This document shows positions 28,501-39,451 of a stretch of DNA of 64,000 nt, in pieces. The notes under the pieces were generated by a model. That model was not told where the DNA came from, did not search any database, and saw only the letters and a program-made list of their open reading frames with translations. The DNA is taken from contig CM039003.1 of the NCBI GenBank assembly GCA_017499595.2, forward strand, positions 1,612,001-1,676,000, in the 5' to 3' direction. How positions within the stretch are numbered: the stretch's first letter is position 1; each line of letters opens with the position of its first letter. This DNA is from Psilocybe cubensis (lineage: Eukaryota). A program made the position numbers and the translations under genes.

Positions 28501-31500
28501 ATGCTTGGGCACCAGCACCAGCATCAAAGAATACATAGGCCTGCTGAATTGCGGGAGGAACGATGGTTGCTTCAAGGTAATATCCAAATTGACTTGTAAT
28601 TTGAGCAGTGCCCGTGACACTGATATCAAGACTAGACGAGAAATTGGGACATTGTTGTTCTGCGTGGAAGATGGTATAGGTGTCCGACCACTGAGTTCTG
28701 AACTCAGACAAGGTTTTGGCAGAAAGACAGTATGCACTTACATGATAATTTCGACTGACTGTGTCACCGGAACGGACTGTATTGAGCCTTTGCAGCCACG
28801 AGTCAAAGGGCCCAAACCAGCGTTTATTGTATTCCGAAGGTTGGTGGAAGTCGCGCCTCCGTTTAGTGGTCGTGGTCCCTGAATCAGGAGGACTGTCGAT
28901 GATGGCGTCCCTGAAATACAGAATGATTAAATTTCATAGGGCATAATTAAGAAAAGAATGTGCACCAATATCCAGGCATGTTAGTCTGCAGAAGAACGCG
29001 TAAGTATATTTGAAAGTAAGCTGCAAGGAAAGGTTATAATCTACTCACTACATCTGCTCGCATCCTTGGATTTATCGTTAGATGAAATGAAGCAGTTGAT
29101 AAGGAAAAGCTTACAAAATAGGACCATTCGAATCGGGGACGGCAAGGAAATTATAATCGAAGGACAGAGAATAAACTTTTTCGGTCGAACGTTTCCGCAT
29201 CTGGTGCTCTTGTGGAAGCGAATTTTGATCAGGATGCTCCGTCAGTGAAACAACACGAGCATAAGGACCCAAACCACAGGACTTGGGCATTCGGATTAAT
29301 GTGTGTTCTGCTTGGGCGATGAAAACATGACCACATCCCGAGTCCTCGTCTTCCATGCCTTTTGAACAATAGGCAAGGACCTAAAAACGCAATAGTGTGA
29401 GTGAGGAGAAAAACCTGCATGATGATTTAACTAACTGTCTGTGGCTTGTCACTCGTAGGTGAGCAGTCTGTAATCACCCAGTCAGACGCTATGTCCATTG
29501 AGCTGACGGAACCAGGGTTCGGCGAGGAGATAAAGACCTCTGCATACATTATCAGACGCAAGAGGTAGTTTGAAATAATAAAGGACGGACCTCCAAACGC
29601 GGAGTCATTTTCATCGCCATCGTCGTCGATTCCGCTAGATCCAGCGCCTCTTGAAGATGTGTCCGATGTCCCAGTGTTGTCATCAAAATCGGCAGTAAAC
29701 GTCGCAGGTTGATCGATATTGAAGCCATTCCCAGTAGCAGGGAAAACATAACTTAGAGGAACGGGGAGGAATGACGTTCCTAAACAAAGATTATGACCCC
29801 TGTCAACTGTATCTTTCATGATTGGTGCACTTACCAGCAGGAGGATCACAACAGTAAAAACGCTTGTTTTTTCCAACACATTGTGTGCTGGCATCTCCTT
29901 GCATATCGCTGACTGTGTAACCGGATATTAGGGTAAGCCATTTCAGAGATTTGATAAACCTACATATTGCCACTTGCCCGGCACTACACACTGCATTCAA
30001 ACAATTAGGTGGATCTCCAACCCATCGACAATTGGTGTAGCCAGCTAAATGAACCAGGCATGAGATACACACAATGTGCGTCATTAGGAAGAGAACCTTA
30101 CAATTACAACACACAGGCTTCGTATTTGATTGACAAATTTCCGGGCAGACGGCCCCATTTTGTGATTCGCAAGAGATTCCGTTGTCGGCGCTACCCTGTT
30201 TGACGTGGGTTTCTACAACATATGGAGAGGCACATGAACTTGCAAAACAAGCTATTAAAGGCATAAGACCCATAAGTCGACATCAATAGGCAGGTTCGTA
30301 GGACACTCACACCCGCCAAAGCATGCACCAGGCTGCGGATCTCCTGAAGAACAACAGAATGCCTTGTATCCTTGGATGCATGTAGGATGTCCATCATCTC
30401 CAGTTTCATCTAAAGCAAGAACAACTTCGCCGACATTGCATTGCGCATTACAGCTAGTTCCACCACCTCCACGCCAAGAACAATTTTGTGGTTCGTTGCC
30501 TTTTGGGCAGCAAAGACGCGCCGGGTTATTTTTAGGACACGAACCTCCATTGGGTATTTGAGTCAACGTGGTAAGCGAGTCATATTTAGGGGGACATTGT
30601 TGACCACATCCTGTGAATTTTCGTTAGCATATACTGGAAATAGGAGGCAGGAAACGTCAAACGTACCTGTAACTTGACATTGATTTCCAGATTCGACCGA
30701 CGACGGTTTATTGATATCTATGTCTGGATACAGGCCGCTAAGAGCGCTGTAATTGCTGTCGTCCTGATCTACCGACCATATCATTGTACCTGAATGAATT
30801 CGTTAACAAAAGACAGTACAATTGTTTGTGAGTACAAACCTCCCAGGCAAATGCTATTTGCGTAGTTGAGCTTCATTTGCAACGTCTGAGCATCGTCGTA
30901 CTAGAATAAAGAATTAGTTGAATACTGCATGGAGCATGGGAAGCTCAAGAAATACATACGGATACCCATTGATTGTCATTCCATGTAATATACTTAACAG
31001 CCGCTTCCTGATCAAATACAGGGATGATACTATTCGCTCCATCCAACAGCTTCTCGATTTCCGAGAACATCAGAGTGCCGGAACTCAGCGAACACTCTCC
31101 TGGATCGCCACCACCAGAAAACGCGCAGCCAGGTGTATTGCATTGCTAAAGAAGTAAGGCCTTGATCAGCTACTGCAATGAAAGGGCTTAAAATCGTTAT
31201 AGACAAACCCCGTCAACCAAAGTGAATGAGCGCCCGTAAAAGCCAATTCCCATAACCATCTGCGAAGGATCGACGCCAACGTTACGGAACAGTTGCATTG
31301 TATCTTTGATTTCAGTTAAATTTGTGTGGGCAAGGACAAATGGCCCGATGTAAGGATCAGTGCTATCCCATGTACCATGAAGGTCATAAGTCATGATGTT
31401 GACCTGAGGGACCTCATTTTAATTACGGTCATGAAAGAACGACGAAGAACGTACCCAATCAGCCGATTGTAGGAGTGCTGGAAGGTCAAAATGTTGGAGA

Positions 31501-32770
31501 TACCAATAACTCGAAGGAGCGGTAAATGTTAGACCATAACCACGAGGCTTAAAAGCTGCTTTGACTCTCGACATGAAGAGCGGGAAGTTTTCCTTGTCAG
31601 CAGGCACCCCACCGCGCTCAGGAGCTACAGGATATTCCCAATCAATATCAATACCATCAAAGCCATAAGCCTGCATAACCGCCAGAGCATTCTCAATAAA
31701 AGTATTGGTAGCCTGCAGACTTCCAGCAAGATTGCTGAAAATGTGTTGTGTCGGCTACTCGCACTGTTAAATACGATCGACATGAAGAAATGCTAGTCAC
31801 ATACTGGATCGTTAAAGCTCCATCCACCCACCGACAGGAAGACCTTCAGGGCAGGATTTTTTTGCTTCAACGCAGTAGTTCGCAACCATAAGATATTATC
31901 GTTGACGGTCATTTCTTGCAAGAGAAAATCTTCCGAAATGAGAGCAAAGGCGAAATTGACTGACAAATTTCACATAAAAAGGTGATCATCAACAGTAAAA
32001 AAGAATTTTTACATACCATGAGTCAATGTTTCTGCAGAGATCAGTTCTGGGGGATATGCGTTACAACCTCGACTGTCGCTTGATACCGCCCATGCCTATT
32101 GAAGACATGAATTAATAACGAACTCTCGATGAGATCGGCGCTCGTACTTCATAGTAGCCTATACGTCGATGTGTTGCTGTTGCTTGGTTGTCCCCACAGG
32201 ATTCTTGAGCCGGGGGGTTGCAGTTGGACTGACATCCAGTACCGCAGAACTCTTTAGATGTTCCTTGTAAGAAGATTATGCACCCATATTATCAATACAA
32301 GATCACCTTCAGTGGTACCACAGAATCCAAACTATTCGTTATCAGTCTCTTTGAAGGGCTCTAGAATCCTTAGAACAAACCTGACTACAGCAAACATTCA
32401 GGGGGCAAGTCCGGTTTTCGGCAGCAGCAAATGGACCACATTCTGCCAAAGCATTACAATTAGAAGTACACGTTCCACCAGAATCAACAGGAGTGCAAAA
32501 AGATGGACCAAATCTGAGAAAATTTTGAACAATGCAAACAACCTCGGCTTTTAGATCGACCACATACCCACAAAAACCAGACACCGAGTTGCAACAAGCA
32601 CCATTGGCGCATGGAATGGTAGCCGTGCAGCTTCCGACAGGTAACCCTGTAACATTGCCTTGAGTAATGACCCCGGATATTCCCCAACCTGTACAAGAAT
32701 GTTAGAGGGCTTCAACAACAGGTGGCTGGAATAACTCACCCAAGAGGATTGAAAGAGCGGACACCAGCAT
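25527..32770 (-). CDS. Large secreted GH18 chitinase (subgroup C, killer-toxin-alpha-like) with CBM18/hevein domains, Cys-rich repeats, a beta-rich module and a C-terminal HNH-like domain; roughly 35 introns and about 1700 aa by manual estimate
   Basis: Signal peptide MLVSALSILLGWGISG; hevein-like CANGACCNSVSGFCG and CPLNVCCSQFGFCG; RRIGYYE, SVGGW, intact catalytic FDGIDIDWEYP, MTYDLHGTWD, GIGFYGRSF, MIWSVDQDD; the frame can be spliced continuously through GT-AG introns to the stop at 25527. Confidence 0.9.
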
Positions 32771-33992
32771 TCTGGCAAGCTTCTACGAAAACCTATCCCA
32801 AGGAATTTTGATCAATCTCGCAATGCATCTGGTTGCTTATAATTGATTCAATTTTCATAAGAGACACAAAGAATAGATGACAGGTCGGGCACGGTTGAAG
32901 GGTAGCGTAGCGTAAGATGGGACAAAATTCCCAGTGCATAGCAAAAATGCAGATTCCGGATGACATTCTCTTCGTGCCATAGCGAATACATCGGAGCTAT
33001 AGAATGGCAAACGCTTTGGCAAAATTGCTGACCAGCACATGTGCATTTGTCCTTTCCCCAAATGCTACACGTAGCACAAGGACCGCAATCTGCCAATCAG
33101 AGTTGTTTATGTTCAATGATTGTGCTTCTTTGACGCCCATTGCCCGTGCAGATCCGTTTCTCCCAATACATAGAAAGGCATTCGAGTGTTCCTGGTTGCC
33201 ATCCTAAACCAACGGATTTCTCGCGATGTCACTTCGAGTACGAGAGAAAGCTTACTTGGACGAACGCTGCTGCCGGAAGAGTGCATCTGACCTTTCTCGG
33301 TCCATCCACATTCAACCTCATCGTAGCTCATCGCACATACGGTTCCAAAGCGGCGTTATCTTCTGGTCCGGCCCTGCATTACTTTTCATTGACTACCCTG
33401 GGACATTATGAAGTCGTTTCAAAGATTAACACCGACAGAATGACAGAATAGAGCCGTTCTCATCCCGAGTAAATAATGACGAGGAGAAAATAACATTGAA
33501 AATGGATGGAACCAGTTAGAAGAGCCTAAGCACAAACAAGCACGTAGCGAGTGCAATTGGTTTGGAGGCCCATAGTGTGTGAAATAAGTACTTAAAACGG
33601 CAGAGACGGATCAATAAGTAATTTGTTTATGTAAGTGATCTTAAAATATAGTCGTAGACGATGTCGTCATGATCAATCGGCTGTTTAAGTCTATTAATAT
33701 ATCTTCCAAAAGGGGTATTCCATATCAAAAGGCCTCTTGTAGAACAAACAACAGGATATTACGGAGTGAGGTTTTGGGCGAGTTCATCTGTCAAAACGCA
33801 AAGGACCCTCATGGCTACTGTTTGAATCAAAATTTTCACTTAATTCACACGTCAGCTTCAATCTCTAACATAACCTATAGACCGATTTGTACGGCTTCAT
33901 TTTGAGTGCGACTCTCTCATGTAGTAGCGATCTTTAAGTCCATGGCCTATTTACCAGTGAGTGTTTTATTGCCTCCAACCCCTGCTCACTCA

Positions 33993-36900
33993 ATGGCGGC
34001 ACGGGCAGTATGTCTCTATCTGCATATCTTCCTTCCCTTGCTACTTTTCCTGGGAGTCGTCGAAGGTTCTGATTTTCATCAAAAGCTCAGGGGGAAAGAT
34101 AAAGCACACAATGATGCCTTTCATTCTGGTCTTCTCAAACAGCTCGCCGACTCGCGAAAAGGTACCACTGGAACCAACGATACTATTGCATCAACACACA
34201 AATCTTTGGATCTAGAAGTGCCCAATGCTTTCATCACGTTCGCGACAGATGCCGTCGTTGGTTTACAGATCTACACTGCGGATACCCTCCCAACGAACCC
34301 AGCACCCTCCACTGCGTGTGCATCCGCATTGACAGCAACCATCCCATGTAACTCTACGATTCCTCTTATGGCGTGGGTCTCAGCATAGTTTCATTTTTTG
34401 CCTTCACTGAATGCATGCCTATTTAGGCTCAGCCCATATTTGTTTTCAGATGACCTCGACCTCGTCTGCACCAATGACTGCCTTGTTGGCTTGGAGTCAT
34501 ATCGTGCTGGGGTCGTTTCTGCATGCGGAAATTATGTGGTAACTGATTCCAGCAATAATCAATACCCTCCAACACTTGCTCTCGACTATGTCAGCGGTCC
34601 ATACACTGTGCAGTGCCTCAAGGATCCAGTCAGTGGGGCCTTCTGTGGCCCAATTATCAAGTCGTATAATACCACAAATGGCCTTTTGTCACTACCGACA
34701 AGCCAACTTTGCACATATTGTACACTCGAGACTTTGAACGCTACACTATCTAATCCGACAAGTTATTCCGTCGACTTGGCAGGCCTCTTGACAAGCGCAA
34801 TCACCACGTGCGGAGCGTATGTATTTTTAGCCACATCAACTTGCCCAGCTTTTAATTGGCCCTTTCTCTTTAGCAACTTTAACAACTACAATGTAACGAC
34901 CGCCCCAAGCGACCAAGTGGTGTTGTCCGTTCCCTTTGGTGTGAATGCGACGGATGCACCAACAATTGATTGTACGCTCACTGGGAGAAATATCACGGCC
35001 AGTCAGGCAACGACTTGTGCTGGCGTTGCTGCCCAGTACAGTGTCAGTGAATACGACGTCTTCTCGTCAAATCCGTCGTTGAATGCCGACTGCACAATCC
35101 CTGCAGGCTCTGTGCTGTGCATCCCCCAGCAATGTACTACATATACCATTGCAGTCAACGACACATGCCAGTCGGTCGCCAAGCTGGCAGGCAAAGTACC
35201 TGGGACCAACTTTGATATCACTGCGTCGCAAATCCAATCCTTCAACCCCGACCTTGGGACATACTGCCAGCTCATGTCACTTCGCGTTGGGAAAAAGATT
35301 TGTTTGAGTCCTAATGGAGGGTGGCCATCCGTGGGGGCAACCACCGATGGAAACCCATCTGGCACGCCAACGGCAGTCGCCCCTATCCCAACGCCAACTG
35401 TGAGCGGCACAACCTCTGCCTGTGGTCGATATTATTTGGTGAAAGATGGTGATATCTGCCAAACAGTATGTTTGGCAAACTCCATCACTTTCAGTGACTT
35501 CCTAATTCTTAATCCCGGTGAATCTCAAAAAATCATCGATGACATTTCTTCTCGCTTACGCAGTTGATTTCAGAGGTTGATGCCAACTGTACCAACTTGT
35601 GGCTGGGATATAACTATTGTGTAGCCCCTTATCCGCCGCTTTCGACTATTACTGCTGCACCGTTGCCTACCACAAACTATACCAGTGCGACTATCTTTAG
35701 CTATCCTGTCCCAACAGCAAATTATACCATAACGTATACAACTAGTCGTGTCACTGCCGCTGGAGTTGCCGCTCCAACGAACATCGCTGATGGAACTCGT
35801 CCGGTCGCATGTGGAGGTTATTATGATATCCAGGTATCTCTTTTTCTATCACTGTTTTGCCGTCAATCAATTGACACGACCATAAGGCGGGAGACACTCT
35901 GGACTCTGTCACAGCACTAGTTGGTGTAAATGCTTCTCTCCTTGCGACTTGGAATCTTGAGCTCGCCAGTGGCTCCTTACCACCTGTTGGATCCGCTATT
36001 TGCATATTGTTCCCAGAGGGGAATTATACCCTACCTGTGGCCCCACGCCCGGCAAACGCATATGCTAATGCAATTACATCCTGCGCACAATTCTACACTG
36101 TTCAATCAGGCGATGGGTGCGGGTCAATCGAGAGCTCCTTCGCGCTGACGAATTCACAATTCGATCAGTTGAATCCCGGTTTAACAAGTGACTGTACCAA
36201 CCTTGTGCTTGGCCTTGCCTACTGCGTTCTTCCAACTGTCCCCTTCTCGCCACCAAGTTCAACTGGACCGCCAGATAATGTTGCACCTGGAACCATCACG
36301 GATGGATGTACATCGTACTACACAGTTCAATCAGGCGATACTTGCAGCGTCATGGAAAACAACTTCAACATTACATTAACCCAAATAACCACGTGGAATC
36401 CTGAAATCAACAGTCAATGCACCAACATTCAATTAGGCCTTGCATACTGTGTGGCTTCCAGTTCGTCCCCTCCTTCCACCGGGCCTCCTAGCAATGTGGC
36501 ACCTGGAACGATCACAGATGGGTGCACAACGTATTACACCGTTGTGTCGGGCGATTCTTGTTCCGCCATAGAAAGCAATTACGACATCACGTTCACCCAG
36601 CTCATAACGTGGAATCCTGAAATTAACAGCCAATGCACGAACATCCAAGTAGGCCTAGCATATTGCGTCGCGTCCAATTCGCCACCTTCATCCGGTGGTC
36701 CTCCTAGCAATGTTGCACCGGGAACAATCACTACTGGATGCACATCATATTATACTGTTGTTTCTGGGGATACATGCTCAGCCATCGAAAGCAGGTTTGG
36801 CATTACCATGACACAACTCACTGCGTGGAACCCTGAAATCAATAGCCAGTGTACCAACATTCAACTCGGTCTGGCGTACTGTGTCGCATCAAGTTCTTCA

Positions 36901-37269
36901 GGCACATCACCCACAGGCCCTCCAGAAAACCTTGCCAGCGGCTCATTAAGCAACTGCACAAGCTACCACACTGTCGTTTCAGGAGACAGTTGCGCTGCAA
37001 TGGAGTCCACTGCCCAAATCGCTGCTGCCGATTTCTTCAGGTGGAACCCGGAGGTTTCGACTGATTGCTCAAATATCCTTGTTGGTGAGGCATACTGCGT
37101 TGGCGGTGGAGGTAATCCCTGCCAGAAATTCTATGTGGTGCAACCTGGCGATTTCTGCTTTGCCATTACTCAGAGTCAACAGATCACTCAGCAGCAGTTG
37201 AACGCCTTGAATCCGTTTTTAGATTCTAACTGTGATTTAAGTGTGGGCGAAAGTCTGTGCGTTGGTTAA
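33993..37269 (+). CDS. Secreted multi-LysM (CBM50) protein with about 10 Cys-rich fungal LysM domains
   Basis: Signal peptide MAARAVCLYLHIFLPLLLFLGVVEG; Cys-rich N-terminal domain; repeated CxxYYTVxSGDxC...WNPxIxxxCxNLxxGxAYCV units; no catalytic domain seen; four introns, all in the 5' part. Confidence 0.93.
36265..36915 (+). repeat. Three 216-bp (72-aa) tandem coding repeats, each a linker plus one LysM domain
   Basis: GPP(D/S)NVAPGTIT starts at 36265, 36481 and 36697; WNPEINSQCTNIQ(L/V)GLAYCVAS occurs in each unit. Confidence 0.9.
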
Positions 37270-37634
37270 GCGTATTTTTATTGCTTTTTATTGCGCCGTG
37301 ATACTACATACAGTCAATTTTGTGTGTAACATATTTATGAGTCGTTGTTCCTACTAGCCTATATATACAATCGTTTTCCAGATGTAAGCTGCCTCCTTTC
37401 AGTTGTATACGCCGGCCGTAGTGTCGTTTGAAAGTTTCTGGACATGAGTTCGTGGTGCCAGGACTGTCATGGAAGACTTGAAGAGGAGCTTACCTCCATT
37501 TTGTTGAATTAAAGTTGTGACGGCAAGTTCCTCATGGGGACGTCATTCATCCGCTTTCTTCTTTCCACCACGACCCTTATCAAAATTCTCTATATAACTG
37601 CCATTCATAGCAATGTCCTGTCAAGTTAAACATC

Positions 37635-39278
37635 ATGACCACCCCTTGGTTGACTGGCGCTCCAGTTCGCTCTAGAGAGCTCTTGTGGCCAAAAGACGAT
37701 GAACTTGTTTCTTCTGGAAGTTGGGATCGCGAAGGAATGTCAACTGTGCATGGATTCGTGTTACACTGGTTCTCCTTCATCCAGGATACGGAACGGACGG
37801 TCATTTACATTGCAGATACAAATTCTGATGTCTCATCAGGACCAATTATTCTGACTCCGATTGCGAACGAGTTGCAGTATGCCTCGGATCGCGTCGCGTT
37901 AGTGGGAACGACAAGGTTCGCGACGGCCGAGTGGATTGTTAGGTAGGCTCTTGGCCATGGATGTGCGCCTGGTGTCAAACTTATATTCTAATTTATAGTG
38001 AGAGTACGCTTAAATTCAGAGTCCACCAGCTTGACGGGGTTGTCGAACGAGAGAGTTCGATATCTGTCCAGGCTGCATTTGGTGACCTTCGCGTTTTAGA
38101 CTCGAAAATTCATCTATGTATTTCATCTGGCCCTACAAATGCATCCAACGCAGTTATGACGCCGCATCCGATCCGCCTCGGTAGCGATATCGAGGATTCA
38201 GATACGACTCCAGTATTTGCTGATCAAATTTTGATATGGGATTTCGCGTCTGGCGCGTTTCAGCGCATTTCAATTCCTGAACCTATGCGTGTATGCAAAG
38301 ATATTTCTTATTTCATCAGAATTTTGTTGATGCAATGCTCTTTTTACAGCATGGTGCAGAATATACTTTCCCTTCGGACCATCAAGTTGTCCTAGCGGGC
38401 TTGGTCGAGGACCACAACGGACAAGAGCAACTCGCATTATCATGTTTTAACATAAACCATGAGCCCCAGACTCAATCTGTTGCGCGTTCATTCTCTCCAG
38501 GTGGCTCTTCGCACGAACGAGTCCTCAAAGGGATGGGTGTAGCATCGGAGGACAACACGAATTCCAGTGATATCATTGTGCATTCTTTTGACAGAATTGC
38601 TGTGTTCAATAAGGCATTTTTTGACAAAGAAGTCGAGGTGAGTTTTCTTCACAATGTGTTGTAAAATATTCATCACCTTATCACTTATTGAAACAGGATA
38701 ATCCAGTGTCAGGTCGTTTACATTTTCTTAGGTCCATTCTGTTGCAAAAGGATGTCCGAGTATTACCATTCTCCTTGTCGGGTCCCCTACCTGCCGTCGC
38801 AAACAATCGAGTACTAGGTTATAGGAGAATCCAAGGGAAATATCAGTTCTTCGTACTGGATTTCGACGAACAACGAGTCAGCGCTCTTCTCAACATGAAA
38901 CCAGAAGAACGGGAAGCTCTCCGATTACAGCTCGCGGAAGCTGGTTCCCGTGTAACTGTCGTAACACGCCAGTCTTACGCCCAGGAAGAAGGTGTTGGTG
39001 GTGGCGCTGTTGATGCTGAATACCCCCCTCGTCGCGTACCTCCAGCATGGATGGCCCATCTCCGTGCACTTGCGGAGGAGGAAAAACAGGGAGGGGCCCT
39101 CATCTATGATGAAGCTCCAGAAGACCGCAGAGAAGGCAGATGGGGATTTGTGCAATCGGAACTGCACCTCGGAAACCCAATCACACTTGTGAGGGTGGGT
39201 AGAATGGGTCTTGCACCTGATCGCATAGTTCTCATACCTGAGCCGGGGGATAGTGGTATGATCTGGTATTTTGAGTAG
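37635..39278 (+). CDS. Hypothetical cytoplasmic protein (4 exons), probably beta-rich; loosely resembles C-terminal regions of Agaricomycete F-box proteins but has no F-box
   Basis: ORFs 37635, 37961, 38293 and 38688 join through GT-AG introns; TATATAA upstream near 37592; ILIWDF and FFVLDFD motifs; no signal peptide. Confidence 0.7.
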
Positions 39279-39451
39279 AAGTTGAACCCGCAGTCACTAA
39301 AAAATTTTATACCACCCACTGCTAATTCAAAGTAGGCCCATGCAAGAATGAAATATATCGACAGCAAGTGCAAATTAACAATGAAAGACCGACTACTGAT
39401 ACAACGACGAATTCCAATTATCAATGTCTATTCTTGACCCCTGCAAAGCTT

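Noticed and set aside
36265-36915. Regularly spaced repeats as a CRISPR-like or satellite array
   Set aside because: They are in-frame LysM coding repeats in a eukaryotic gene.
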